Shown: positions 1-13,074 of the stretch, in pieces | How positions within the stretch are numbered: position 1 is the stretch's first letter | Layout: the number at the start of each line of letters is the position of its first letter | Origin: Gekko japonicus | Taxonomy: Eukaryota | NCBI RefSeq assembly: GCF_001447785.1 | Contig: NW_015161965.1 | Coordinates: 626,595 to 690,594, forward strand | Length of the DNA: 64,000 bases | Direction of reading: 5' to 3' | Position numbers and translations under genes: made by a program | The notes under the pieces: model-generated | What the model saw: the letters and a program-made list of their open reading frames with translations, nothing else | Databases searched by the model: none | What the model was told of the DNA's origin: nothing

Positions 1-975
1 GGGCTTTATAGGTAAGAACCAGCACTTTGAAGCGGATCCGGTACGCTATAGGCAACCAGTGCAGCGCTTTCAGCACAGGCTGAACATGGTCCCTTCTAGA
101 GAGACCCATTAACAGCCTGGCCGCAACATTCTGCACCAGCTGCAGCTTCCGGATCTGCGACAAAGGCAGCCCCATGTAGAGAGCGTTACAATGGTCTAGC
201 CTCGAGGTGACCGTCGCATGGATCACTGTGGCCAGATCATCACGGTCCAGGTAGGGGGCCAACTGCCGCGCCCGCCGGAGATGGAAAAAGGCGGACTTGA
301 CAGTGGCTGCCACCTGGGCCTCCATCGTTAAGGCAGAGTCCAGGTGGACTCCCAAACTCCGAACCCCCGACGCAGGCACCAAAGGCACCCCATCGAAGGT
401 TGGGAGAGGGAACCCCACTCCTGTCCCGGTCCGACTCAAGCCCAGGACCTCTGTCTTCGCCGGGTTTAGTTTCAATCGGCTCAGTTGGAGCCAACCAGCC
501 ACAGCCTCAAGTGCCCGATACAGGTCATCGGGACCCGAGCCCGATCGGCCGCCCAACATCAGATAGAGCTGGGTGTCATCCGCATATTGGTGACACCCAA
601 GCCCATAGCTCCGGATAATCTGGGCAAGGGGGCGCATATAGATGTTAAATAGCATCGGGGACAGCACTGCCCCCTGTGGCACCCCACACTCAATGGGGTA
701 CCTACGGGAGCGCTGGTCCCCGAAAGCCACCCTTTGTCCCCGACCTTGAAGGAAAGAGGCAAACCATTGAAGGGCAAGCCCTTGAATCCCTACATCGGCA
801 AGGCGATGGGTCAACAACTGGTGGTCGACAGTGTCAAACGCTGCCGACAGATCTAACAACACCAGTGCGGCCACACCGCCCTGATCCAGATGTCTCCGGA
901 GATCGTCAGTCAGGGCGACCAAAGCCGTCTCGGTCCCGTGACCTGGGCAGAAGCCGGACTGGAAGGGATCTAAGA
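1..975 (-). mobile_element. L2-clade LINE reverse transcriptase fragment
   Basis: Minus strand near 560-680 encodes GVPQGAVLSPMLFNIYMRPLAQIIRSYGLGCHQYADDTQLYL; VDLSAAFDTVDH near 820-855. Confidence 0.85.
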
Positions 976-2940
976 CTGGTTATGTTATTATGCATATTAA
1001 TAAATTCTTCATGAGTCAGCAATTGTGATATTTAATCTTTTTCTTCTTTCTTAGTACTCTTTTTTTTTAAGAATTAGCAAGCTCTTGTGTCCTTCCTCTT
1101 TATATAGTAAAGAAAGTTCTTTTATTTAATCCCATCTGTATTTAAGGTTTAGTACAAATTCCAGTATTCCTGGTTTGTTTTGGAAAAGGAGAATCTTCTT
1201 TTTTGCAATCTCTGCAAGTTGGAGAATCAGCCACACTTTTATTAATGATGTTCAATTGTCCTGTAGCGCTTCTTATCTTTTAATTTGATACAAAAGCTAA
1301 TTCATTAAATAGAAGGTCTTGTGGCTCTTCCTGTTCAGTTACCGTTTCCTCTTGCTCCTTACCATAAAAACTCTGAAAGGTTTCTTGTGTTGCTTCTTTA
1401 ATCGCCCATTGAATTGTTTTTATAAGTTCCTCTTTTTGTTCCCTAGAAAGCTGTAATTCTTGCGTATCTTCAAAGTCATCTTGGTTTTCTGTCTCACTGC
1501 ACATACTTTGTAAATCCATCTTCTTTTAATGGTACCGTATTTTAGTTATATCCAGTGTACAGAACAGTCTCTAAGCTTAGGTTCCATTCAGCCTCGTCAC
1601 TGTGCCCAAACATAAGTTCAGTAGTTTAATTATGACCACACAATCTCCTACTTCCTTTTTAAATCCCTTATAATGCAAAGAACAACATTTTTCTTTAAGT
1701 TCCAGGCAATTGATTCATCCACTTTATTCACTGCTATAGATAAGACCAGTCAAATACCAGATGACTGGGAAAATGCTATAATAGTACCGATCTTCAAAAA
1801 GGGAGATTGCCATCTCCCAAGTAACTATAGACCGATAAGTCTTTTGTCCATCATTGGGACGCTCTATGCCAAACATTTGGCTATTAAGCTTAAGTCTTGG
1901 ATATTAGAGCAGCAAGTCTTTGGGATAGAGCAGATTGGGTTTTGTCAGGGCAAGTCAACTTTGAGATCCAGGAAAGCCACATATAATTTCATACCCTTTC
2001 CTGATTTGTATTTATTAACTAAGTGGTTAAGAACAATGCAATGGTCTAAAGACTGTTCTCTGCACTGGATATAACTAAAATACAGTACCATTCGTCGTCC
2101 TTCCCTCAGCTGTTTTATCGGGAAGGTTCAAGAAAATTCCCTATAAAGATAGATTGAGCCAATGTGGGATGGGGGTAATTGAATCTATTGGACATGTGCT
2201 TTTGTACTTTAAATTCCACTATGACATCTGTGTTGCTTATATTGAACCTGTGTTGGACCCCCTTTTGGGCCAATCTGATGAGTATAAAATTATTTCTTTA
2301 TTGTCTTCGCATAATATAGAAATTCTTGAACCTGTAGCAAATTTCTTTTATGAGGTATCTAAGAGGAGAGGCTCATATTAAGGCAATTCAGAATGTGATA
2401 CCCCCCTGGCCTATCTTGATATTTTATGCCAATAAAGGTATTATTTGTGTATTTGTATTTGTTTGTCATTCATCCACTTAAATTAAGTTTCCAGTAAAGA
2501 AAAAAAAATTGTTCTGTTGTCAAAGTTTAACTCCTTTTACCCCCAAAGTTTTTTTTTGTAAGTTTTTGCTTCCCAATCTCATCTCTGCGGTTTACGAGAG
2601 GAGGGGGGGAATCCCACTCCTCTGTCCTTCCTCATTCAGGAGATTTAAAGGGGGTTTCAAAGCTATTAATCATAGACGCTTAGTTGTTGCATATTCCGTT
2701 ACTCACAGGATAGTTGATATCTTCTTGAATGTTATGTAGAGAATCACAGCTCTCTTATTCGGGTGTTAACAGCTTCGCAGTCATGGCTCCATGACTGTGC
2801 ACCTTTGTGGTTCAGCTTCAGGATAGCCCTAGACTGGCAGCTGCTCACTGCCATTCGCGGGGTGTTGGGTCGAATCCCCTGCAGCCGACCCTCCCTCCAA
2901 GAGAGTTGGTGGGACTTCGGGACCCCCAAAAATCCCCTAG
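976..2940 (-). mobile_element. Decayed L1-like/HAL1-like element (acidic ORF1-like remnant plus GC-richer 5' UTR), split by an RTE-X insertion
   Basis: Acidic, helical ORF at 1280-1519 with A-rich coding strand; the 2470-2940 segment resembles a lizard L1-type 5'UTR. Family assignment is tentative. Confidence 0.35.
1690..2465 (+). mobile_element. RTE-X-like LINE fragment (internally deleted) with 3' end
   Basis: IPDDWENAIIVPIFKKGD..SNYRPISLLS..EQIGF is an RT N-terminus; a degenerate C-terminal Zn-knuckle (ESIGHVLL) follows; 3' end tatgccaataaaggt plus simple-repeat tail. Confidence 0.75.
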
Positions 2941-3071
2941 AAAAACCATGAAGAGTCAGCATCTCTCAAGAGCTTCCCGAGAGGACATCCGCTCTGCTGC
3001 TCTGCAACCCAGAAGTTCAGATGCCTCTTACTTCAGTCATATTATGAGAAGACAAGCATCACTGGAAAAAA

Positions 3072-6019
3072 AAACCAGGTTGCTTACCTGTAACTGATGA
3101 TCTTTGAGTGGTCATCTGTGCAGTCCCACACATGGGTTGGGTGCCTGCGCACAACCTCGACCGGAGAAACTTCTAGGCTGGGTGGGATTGTGGTACCACA
3201 CAGATGACCACTTGAAGATCATCAGTTACAGGTAAGCAACCTGTTTATCTTCATCGTGGTCTCTGTGCAGTCCCACACATCGGTGATTACAAGAGCTGAA
3301 CCAGTTGGAGGAGGGAGCTGGCAGCTTCAAGAGACACAAAGAATACTGGTTAAGACACAGCATCATCAGCAGGCAGAAACACCCACGGGTCCTACCTGGA
3401 GACATAGCAGGGTCAAGCGAAGAGAGATCGCAGCACCGACTGGCCGAATGCAGCATCCCGTTGAGCTCGGACATCGAGTGTGTAGAGGGTCACGAAGGTC
3501 GATGCCGAGGACCACGTAGCAGCCGCACAGACATCCTCCAACGGGACACCAGCCAGGAAAGCGGTGGATGTCGATACCGCCTGTGCAGAATGGGCAGTGA
3601 CAGAGGTAGAAATGGGTTGACGTGCAAGCTCATAGCAAAGGGCTATGGTGGAAGTCACCCACTTAGACAAGCATTGAGAGGAGATAGGGTCCCCGACATG
3701 AGGGGGCCCATAGGCGAGGAACAGCCGAGGAGATTTACGTATAGGCTGAGTTCTATGTAAATAGAAGGAGAGCGCTTTGCACACATCGAGGCAGTGGAGG
3801 GCTCTCTGAGGTGCATCAGTCGGATTTGGAAAGAATGAAGGTAAGACAGACGACTGGGACAGATGAAAGGCAGAAACGACTTTAGGCAGGAAAGAAAGAT
3901 CTGGTCGCCCTGTTGTAGATGGCTTTGCAACAGCACACAATGCCCGGTGTTGCCTCTTTTTCAGCCGCAGTCCACCATCCGCTCGGTCCCTGGGAGATGC
4001 CTTTCTTCACACCTGGACAGGAACCCTGTTTTATTTCTTCCCTCCATTCCCCTTGATCTCCCGGGTTGTTCAAAAGACTATGGCCGATGCAATGTCCTGC
4101 ATCCTAGTCACCCCATGGTGGCCGCACAAAGTCTGGTTTCCTCACCTCCTTCGGCTCTCCAACCAGACATTCCGTCCTTTCCCTGTCATCCCAGATCTCC
4201 TCTCTCGGGCTTGAGGAAAGGTCCTCCACCCCAATCCCGGTTTCTTCCAATTAACAGCCTGGAAGATCCTGCATTAGACTTCCCGCCTGAAGTGTCCGAA
4301 GTCCTTCTGAATGCCAGGAAGCCATCTACTCGTGCACTTACGCTCTGAAGTGGAAGAGGTTCCAGTTGTATGCCTCTGATCACTCCTTTGATCCTCTCCA
4401 GTCGTCTCTCCGTCAGATTTTTTCCCTATCTCATCTCGTCTTTCACTCTGTAAAGGTTTTCCAGCTTTCTTGAGGATGCTGGAACAGATGCCAGTCACGC
4501 CCAGGCAGATGAAATAACCTCTTGGATCCCCTGAAGGAATGGGAGGGCGACAGGACCAGTTTCAGGATCAAATAGAACCTTCATAAGAGGGTCCTTGGTT
4601 TGAGGTTCCGTAGCCAAATACTCCAGGTTAAGCGCTTTCGCCATTCTAATGAGTAGGTCAGCATAGGGCTTGTTGGTGTCAGACAGCGAAAATGACTGGG
4701 CACCTTCACCCAGGTCATCACGTGCAGGTAGGGATATCGGTTCCAACTCACAGTCAGACATTCTCTCAACGTCCGATTCCGAGGGCAGCAAATCGTAGTC
4801 ATGCCGCTGCTGTTACTTCGGTGGCATTTGCATCTCATCTCGCAACGAGTCAGAGGGCGCATACCAGGGCCCAGGGAATTGGGGATCCCAGGTACCCCAG
4901 TCCACAGGCATCATCATGGGCACGGGGTACCATGGAGTTGAATGTGCCCAGTGGAAACTGCTACAGGGGCGCTTCAGCTGTGAGGGACGTAATATCTTGA
5001 CGTCTGAAGAGGACCGGGAGCGAGAGCAGCGCCTTGATGCCGAGTATGACAGCTCCAGCAACAGAAGGGTTTGCTGTAATGACAGCGTACATCGTTGAGG
5101 GGAGCTCGATCTCCTGTCACGTGACAAAGATTGACAGCGCTCGGAGTCATGTCGCTCCCGATTCTGGTCGGTCGAAAGCGGCCCTGAATGGGGTCTTGCC
5201 GACAACATGATCCCATCAGCTGACGGTGCTGATCGCTTTCTCGTCCGTGAATGTGGGTGGTGCTCTGCACAAGGAGGTCCCCGAATCGGGGAAGGGGAAT
5301 CTCTGCACCGTCTGACAGGAGTTGGTGATTTGTTTGACGGCACATTTATAGGTGAGCGGAAAGAACTTGGCGATGTCTGAGTTAATCTCTTTGTCTCTTT
5401 AGACTTTTTTTCTCGGAGGTTCAGAAAGCTCTCTCGAGTCCTCGTTAGCCACAGGTTTTAGGGTACGTGCAGAGCTGACTGATGGAGGCTTCTCTGACAG
5501 GGTGGCTTTTCCTGACAGAGCCTCTAACGTGCCCTGGAGAGCCCTCTCCCAGAGGGCAGCTTTAAGGCGCGCTGCTCTGCCCTCTCTTGTATTCGGGGTT
5601 AAATGGTGACAAGCCTGGCAAGTGCCGGTATTATGGCCCTCACCCAGGCATAGGAGGCAGGAGGAGTGCTCGTCTGACTGAGCCACCTTCATTCCGCATT
5701 GATCACACTTTTTAATAACCGCCATTGTAAATCTAAATTCAGAGGATTTTACCTCAGAAACTATTTCCTCACAGGACGTCCAGAAGAAGCTATTGCTTTC
5801 AAGTCCTCTCTCACCGGCGGCAGAAAGAGAACTGAGGGATGAGTGCTGGCCCCTCCCACATCACGCGATTTTCGGGCGGGAAGACACTGAGTGGGAGGGG
5901 GACCTGCACTCTTGGGAGTCTAGAAAATTCTTATAAGAAGCTTGCTAGTTCCTCTCCGTTGGCTGGCCTGCGATTGCGCAGTCCCATGTGGGACTGCACA
6001 GAAGCCACGATGATGAACA
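3072..6019 (-). mobile_element. DIRS-type tyrosine-recombinase retrotransposon, internally deleted and rearranged, both termini retained
   Basis: Gag with Cys-rich N-terminus (5399-5725, CxxC..HxxCLLCLGEGH..CxxC); YR C-terminus (3413-3908, FLPKVVS..LHCLDV..HSxxAVSTS..AATWSS.STF..Y). Terminus 3077-3122 pairs with 3198-3241, and 3248-3278 pairs with 5988-6019, forming the internal complementary region. Confidence 0.9.
3910..4385 (+). pseudogene. DIRS methyltransferase-like domain plus YR N-terminus, inverted relative to the host element
   Basis: Plus strand reads DGFATAHNARC..FSR..SLGDAFLHTW..YFFPPFPLISRVVQK..ILVTPWWP..WF..L, then EVSEVLLNARKPSTR..KWKRF. Confidence 0.8.
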
Positions 6020-6645
6020 TAAGAGAAGCCAATGTTGGATCAGGCCAATGGCCCATCCAGTCCAACACTCTGTCACACAGTGGCCAAAAATACCAGGTGC
6101 CATCAGGAGGTCCACCAGTTGGGCCAGGACACTAGAAGCCCTCCAACTGTTGCCCCCCCCCAAGCACCAAGAATACAGAGCATCACTTGTCCCACACCGA
6201 GAGTTCCTATCTATACCTTGTGGCTAATAGCCACTGATGGACCTCTGCTCCATATGTTTATCTAATTCTCTCTTGAAGCCATCCATGCTTGTAGCCACCA
6301 CCACCTCCTGTGGTAGTGAATTCCATGTGTTAATCACTCTTTGAGTGAAGAAGTACTTCCTTTTACCCGTTCTAACCCGACTGCTCAGCAATTTCATTGA
6401 GTGTCCACAAGTTTTTGTATTGTGAGAAAGGGAGAAAAGTACTTCGTTCTCTACCTGCTCTATCCCATGCATAATCTTATAAACCTTGATCATGTCACCC
6501 CCTCAGCCGTCGTTTCTCCAGGCTAAAGTGCCCCAAGTGTTTTAACCTTTCTTCATAGGGAAAGTGTTCCAACCCTTTTATCATTCGAGTTGCCCTTTTC
6601 TGCACTTCTTCCAATGCTATAATATCCTTTTTGAGGTGTGGTGAC
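6017..6645 (-). mobile_element. CR1 LINE 3' fragment
   Basis: ORF 6224-6493 (MIKVYKIMHG..RKYFFTQRVINTWNSLP..FKRELDKHM); ends in cttatgtt tail. Confidence 0.92.
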
Positions 6646-7836
6646 CTTCACTTCTCTTTGAATTTAGCACCTCTTCCTCCTTCAAATCCTATCTAGTTTT
6701 CGAATAGAAGCATAATACAGCCAGTGTGGTGCACAAACTGCTTAGAGTTCTCTCTCTTTTGTGAAGTCCCTCATGCTGGTAGTCTGTGGTCTTTACTCTC
6801 ACAAAAGCCCTGTGAAGTAGGTTAGGATCACAGTAGCTCACAACGTATCCCCCTTCTCCATTTTATCATCACAAGGCTGAGTGTGTGTGTGTGTAACTGA
6901 AGATCACCCTGCAAACGTCCATGGCAGAGTGGGGATTCAAACCTGGGTCTCCCAGATTCTACTCTGACAGAAAGAATCCTAAGGAATTTCTGCCTTGGAG
7001 GCTGCTGGGGGGCGGGGGCAACTGCAGTAGATGTTTAAGCAGAGGAGAAATCCAGGTAACAGTTTCCTCTTTGCCTCTGATTGCTTCAGGAAAGGGTGTG
7101 TTTCCTATCACAGTCACCTCTCTTGATGCCAAGGGTGGGTGGGTACATACATGTGAAAAGGCAAAAGGAAGGAAGTGGCAAAGCCTCTTGTTGAAAATTT
7201 CGCCTGATCAGCTGAGGTGAGGTGCTGTTGTTCTACTGTTTTTGCAAATTCAGGCTGTGCAGTGGCGACAAGAACACATTGGAAGAAATAAACACCAGCG
7301 CAGAGAGATACTTGAATCTCAGCCCATCAGCAGCCAAACGGTTCCCTTTCCAATAAGGCTGTGCTGGAGTTCGTGCCTTGTTTTGTTCTCGTTGGCTGGA
7401 GTTCAGATAAGAATTTTGCAACAGCTGGAAAAAACTGGAAGAAAGACTTTAACTCTCTTTCATGCTACATGGAGCTTTTAAAAAAATCCTTCTTCCTTAC
7501 CATCTCTACAGATTTAAACACTTGATTAGCCATTAGATTGGAGCACCTTGGAGAAAAAGAAAATATCCTTACTTCTTGTGCCTTTATGGACTGCAGAAGA
7601 TGCTCAGGAACATTTTTGCTGTCTCCAATGGTGATAGATGCTTTCACTGAACTCCTGCTTTCCCCTCAGTAGCTGCTGAGGCTCCTGTGACACTAGTTTG
7701 GCTGACTGGCTGACTTTTTGCACTGTAGCACCCTCTGTTTTGCAGAATCACACACATCAAGTCCACCCCAGAACCAGGTGGCTTTCAAGGATGCTGCTGG
7801 ACTTAAGGCCTCTCCTAGTCCCACCCATGCCTGTTC

Positions 7837-9095
7837 TGCCCTGTCACAGGGCTTGAATACTCATCCATACAAAACCTTTCCCCTGCCTCTAGAAAAGACC
7901 GGTGCTTGCCCCTACGCAAGCACAAGCTTTTGCGCACCCCCACATCCTTGAAGGAATCACGCGGGAGGGTGAGTCTATTGGGAGGCAGCACAGGAGCGCT
8001 GACCTATCAGAAAAGGCTGGCCAGCCAGATCTAGTAGCTACAACCATTTCTCTGGCCATTCCAGCCGAAGATGAGCTCAGGAGCAGAGCCTCGTGGTGAC
8101 TTGGAAGACCAGGGGAGCCTTGTGGTGGATTGGGTTGGAGGGACTTCAGTTTGGGGTTGCTCATGGGGGCTGGATTACTCTTTCCCCATCCTTCTTACCT
8201 TCCTTCCCCTACTGTCTTACCTTCACCAGGGAACCGGGGCTCTGGGGGTTCCGCTGCGGCGCTCATTGAGCCGGGCTTATCGGCTTCATGGCTTATCGGG
8301 GGACTCACTTCGCCTGGGGGAGGTGGGGGAGCCCAGGGCGCGGTCGGTTGTCCAGAACAGGGCCCATGTGTTGGGATGCAATATGCTCGCTCCCCCGGGG
8401 AAGCATCTGGTGCTGGGGACTGGGTTTTGCGCCTAGGTAATTGATGGCGCGTTGACAACTGGCCGGCCGGTTCCCACGCTTCGGCCTTGTGGAGCTGGCA
8501 GGTAGCCGTGGGCCTCTGCAGTGGGCTTTGGCCCAGTGGGGCCCGGGCGGCAGAGTGGACACGATCCCCCCCCCGGGCCACCTAGCCAGCTGATGGGGTG
8601 GCGCAGCGGGGATTCGGCCGGTTGGAGCAGCGGCGGTGGGGCCTTGTGGTGAGGCGGGCGATGGCCGGCTGGCTCCCATACTGGGCCTCGTGGCTGGGGT
8701 GGAGGGCCTCACATCGGAGGCTGTGCCTCTGCGCCGAGGCTTGGGACGTGAGCCTCTGCAATGGGCTTCGGCCCAGCGGGGCCCGGGCAGTGGAGTGGGC
8801 GCAACCCCCCCGGCCACCTCGCCTCTGATGGGGGGCCCCTCTGGGGGTGGGGGAGCACATGCCGAGCCTTAAGGCTTAGCAGTCATGGCGAGGATGTGCT
8901 CCTCTGTCCCCTCTATGCACTTGGAGTGCGGGCCGTGAGGGGTAGGGTGAGTTTGCCCTGTTTAGAAGCCTGCTTTGCAGGCACAATCCAACCCGTGCTT
9001 AAATTGGATAATGAAGCAGATCAGCTTGTATGTAAATAAAGTCCCAGTTTAACCCATAAATTGTGTTTCATTTGAGGGGTGGGTGGGCAATTACA
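7837..9095 (+). mobile_element. Unclassified GC-rich LTR-like or YR-retroelement remnant
   Basis: TG...CA ends flanked by gttc on both sides; AATAAA near 9035; internal ~90 bp imperfect repeat (~8505-8600 vs ~8745-8835); no credible ORF. Confidence 0.45.
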
Positions 9096-11285
9096 GTTCT
9101 AGCCTAGCCTTCTTCCTCATATTCTAGGTGGATTGATTTTCTTCTTCTTCTGTAGGCAGAACCTTTCCATCGCGTAACCCCCACAACTTCAATTTAAAGA
9201 GTGTTGGTCTACATGCAGGTTGAAGACCACCCCAATTGCTATTTGGGTGAACTAATTCAGGTTCTGCGTGGAAACACAGAATCGTGGGCTGCTCGCTGAA
9301 CAGAGCAAAAGACAACATGTGGCCCATTTAAGACCCTGAAAGTACGAACCCAAATGCTGAACTGTGGCTGGCCATGAATGAACATCCAGGGCAGATCTTT
9401 TTAGCACAGGGATATGAAAACATGTCCCTGTACCTAAGCTCCCTGATAATAGCTTGCCGACTGCATTTTTAGACCAGTTGGCCAGTTTAATTCTGTCAGC
9501 TGCTGCAACCAAGCTTATTTCGGACCCTGGCTGTAAAGAGAATGTTCGTGAGCAGAGCCTGAGGGTGACATATGTGAATGCTGCAGGATTTGTGCAGAGA
9601 TGGTATGGGAACATATGGGCATCGGGATCCCAGTGGTCAAGTTCGAAATGTCATCTTTTCATGCAGGCAGGGGATGTGCATTCCCTTCCTCTTATTCAAT
9701 GGCAATAGTTCTGTTAATCAGGAGGGGGGAAATGGAATTTCTCTACTTGGCAAATTTCATTCATGTTTACATTTTAACTTGATTCCTTTTTTATAAGCTC
9801 CCATACATCACCAACCCTCTCTGATTACCGAAGAGACCAAAAGTATGTGTAAGGGTTACTGTAAGAGTACTGTGTGGAAAAGTGCTACCTCCCCTTCTCC
9901 CTGCAGCTAGGTAAAAAGGGAAACGCCAGATGGGCAAGAATAAATTCAGCAACGTTCCACTTCTCCCTGCAGTTCTCCTTTGTTTTACAGGCACTAAAAG
10001 GCCATCAAGCCTGCAAGGTGTTACAATCCCCTTATGAGCGACTTGCCTGCAGATCACCTTTGTTACTGCATAACACAGAGGCAGGTGCACTCTGTAAATG
10101 TTGGAAAGGTGAGTCAAATGACTAGGGGAGAGAACTTCTCAATCAAGGTCCCCTGCCAAACTGAACCGGGTAAAAATTCCTTCCCATTGCTAAACATGGC
10201 AGATCCCTGCATTGAAATAACCATTCTTGAAAGCAATATTACTTGCCGTGCATCCCTTTAGCTGTGGCCATCCCCAGTAGGTACCCCGGAGGAAAGGAGA
10301 AACCACAAGAACTAAGACCGCATCGAGAAACGAAGCCTTGTCAGCCTGGGCCCCCGTTTCCCCTCCTCTCTGGGTGGCCTGCCTGAGTGCGCAGCTTTTC
10401 ATGGTTGAAAAGCACACCCTACTTCCTGTCCAAGAGCTCTCGCTCTCCAAACCGACACCTGCACGAACATGACAGTCAGCCAGTCAAAGCAAGCATTCAA
10501 ACAGAGAGGTATTCCTCAGCACCACCGCCAATGCAAACCCTTCCGAGCCAGCAGGACTGCTTGGCTGTCCAGGCCCTCCCTTCAGACCAGCTTCTTCTAC
10601 TGCCCTCTGGTCACTGTTCCGCGCCTCAGAGGGCCTGTCAAAGGTGTTCCTTTTGTAGCCATCCACAGAGGAGGAGCCTCTCAGAACAGGTCAGCAAGCT
10701 ATAGAACAATCTCTGGCTACACGAGGGAAAGTGAAATGAAATTATACAGGCCCAGTGTTGCACACCTGACAACTTTCTATTCCAAGCAGGAAATTATTAT
10801 TATTATTATTATTTTAAAAAAGATCGTCACATTACCTGTCCACCATGAATATTTAGTAGCTGTGGTGGTGTCACGTGGAACTATCCCATTTTACCCTCAC
10901 AACAGGACGTGAGGTGGGCTCGGGCTAAGGCTGAGATGTCATGACTTGCCTAAAAGAAACTGGAGATCTAAGCCCATGTCTCCCCGGTCACACATCCCAT
11001 CAACACCATGCTTCATCTCTGTCTGTTGGTGGGATGGTGATGCCATAGTTACGACGTGCTACTTGCTGCTCTTGGGAACTTTAGCCTTTGCCATGTGAGA
11101 GAGAAGACTTGGCAGCTGCTGATTTCTGGCACAGTGCGTGCCTAGCAGTTGGGTATATTGGGCTACAGCTGTTGAACGACACAATTGTACCTATAGAATG
11201 GAATACAGGAGTGTGTGTGTGTGTGTGTGTATACACACACACACTATAAACTTAAGTGGTTTATGTAATATGTAATAGTTTCCTT

Positions 11286-11491
11286 CAGTGTTCCCTCTAA
11301 GCTGAGTTAGTGTGAGCTAGCTCACAGTTTTTTAGCCTCCAGCTCACACATTTTTGTCTTAGCTCAGGAAGGATGACTCCACAGCAAACTAATTTACACA
11401 GTAGCCAAATCACTCGCTCACAACTTTAATGCCAGTAGCTCACAAAGTAGAATTTTTGCTCAGAAGACTCCAGAGCTTAGAGGGAGCATTG
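11286..11491. mobile_element. hAT-type MITE
   Basis: TIRs cagtgttccctctaagct / agcttagagggagcattg; 8-bp TSD gtttcctt. Confidence 0.85.
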
Positions 11492-12439
11492 GTTTCCTTG
11501 CAAAAAAACTCCAGGAAATTATAGTTTGGTGAGGGGCTAGGAATATAGGAGATCCCTAGTCTACGAACACCATCACAATTTCCAGGGTTCCAAAGGGTAA
11601 GGAGCTGGTTCCACTTGAAGTTTGTGGTGTAGAGAGACACCTCTCTCTACTATGGCACTGAATAACCCACTTCTGGATGCTGGTAGAGAAGGCCACTGCC
11701 TCCTTGTTGCTTAGCAACTGTCACGAGAGGGACAGCCTTTCTGTGGCCTATCCACTACTACTAATGAAGACAAAGCCTTCATGGCCCACTAGCAACAACT
11801 TCTTACCCCCTTCCATTCCACATGCATCCACTTCACCACCACTATGAGTTAGAATGGCACAGGCTCATTGGTGTCTGGCAACCAGTGCGGGGAGAAACAG
11901 CTTGCCAGTCTCCCCATCACCAGGCAACTACTACTTGTTAAAGCATCCTCTCAAAAACGATGGCTGCCATTATAGAAGGAAGGGCTGGCAAAGGGTTGCC
12001 TAAGTTATTCTGGGATGTGGGTTACCGAATTTAAAAGACAATCTCAGAAACCATTACAGCATCACACAGGGGAGAGAGTCTCCCATTTACACACCCAGAA
12101 TGAGGAATTACCTAACCCCCCCCAGTTCCAATTTCTCTCCCCCGGAGAACTGTGGAGTGTGTGTGTGTGTGTGGGGGGGTCGCCTCCACCTAGTGATGCT
12201 CTGGAAATTTCTAGGTAGCTTACAGCATCACACAGAAGTGACATCACATCCTCCCCAAACTCTGCCCTCAGATAACTGCCCCCCCCATCTAGCATTTCCT
12301 GAGGCAGTGCTGGGGAACACTAGGAGACACAAAGATGACAATTTTCAGAGTTCCAGGACAGGAGCTTGCAGTTTTTACAAGTGAAAATTAACTATCCAAC
12401 CTTTCTGCCCACCCACTCATACATCTGAACACTACTTAC

Positions 12440-12602
12440 CGATGTACTGTCCTTTGCCTTCCCGGAATGGAGGGCCAAGGGGTCCTTTCACCACAGGCTG
12501 CATGTATTTGACCTGTGCATAACCCCCTCCTGTCCCCCCTCCAGTTACTGGGGAGATGCCAACCACCAGCAGCAGCAATGGGGTCATTTCAGGGAGCATC
12601 AT
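12440..12602 (-). CDS. COL8A2: Collagen type VIII alpha 2, first coding exon (signal peptide plus start of NC2 domain); full exon 12440-12621
   Basis: Manual minus-strand translation gives [54 protein letters not shown], which matches the remembered COL8A2 N-terminus ([29 protein letters not shown]). Acceptor ctctcctttgtctgcag precedes 12621, Kozak context is ACCATG, and a phase-1 donor G|gtaagt follows 12440. The collagenous/C1q exon was not found in 1-12439. Confidence 0.93.
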
Positions 12603-13074
12603 GGTTTTGTTGTTCGGCTCTCTGCAGACAAAGGAGAGTGTGATTACCTGGGAGAATCACAAGGCTGTTAGCAAATGAAGACATGAATATGCCTAATACA
12701 GTATTCTTTATGCAGGCTGGCAGCAGCTCTCCAGGGTCTCAGGGAAGACGTCTTTCATATCACCTACTACCGCTTAACTGAAGATGCTGGGGATTGAACC
12801 TGGGAACTTTTGCATGCCAAACAGAGGTCCTACCACTGACCCACCAAACAGGAAAGATGTGGAGTTTTTCCACAATGCACTTTGTTAAAATCAAAATGCT
12901 ACTTCTCTAACCCAACTCTGAGTCCTAGAGTTTGAAGGGGTCTTATGGGCCATCTAGTCTGACCCTCAAAGCAGGAAATCCAAAGCTAGAACATTTTCAA
13001 TGGATGGCTGTCCAGCTGCTGCTTGGCCTTCCAGCATGAGAGACTCTAACTCTCATTGTCCAACCACTCTTATT

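Noticed and set aside
3910-4270. Horizontally acquired bacterial or phage Dam methylase
   Set aside because: A methyltransferase-like domain is a known standard part of DIRS elements.
8195-8872. Pro/Gly/Arg-rich ORFs as the missing COL8A2 collagen exon or another gene
   Set aside because: There is no Gly-X-Y periodicity; overlapping ORFs in all frames reflect GC-rich repeat DNA.
10275-10405. Minus-strand ACCATG ORF (MKSCALRQ..) as an alternative COL8A2 first exon
   Set aside because: The donor (gtacct) is weak, there is no signal peptide, and I recognise no homology.
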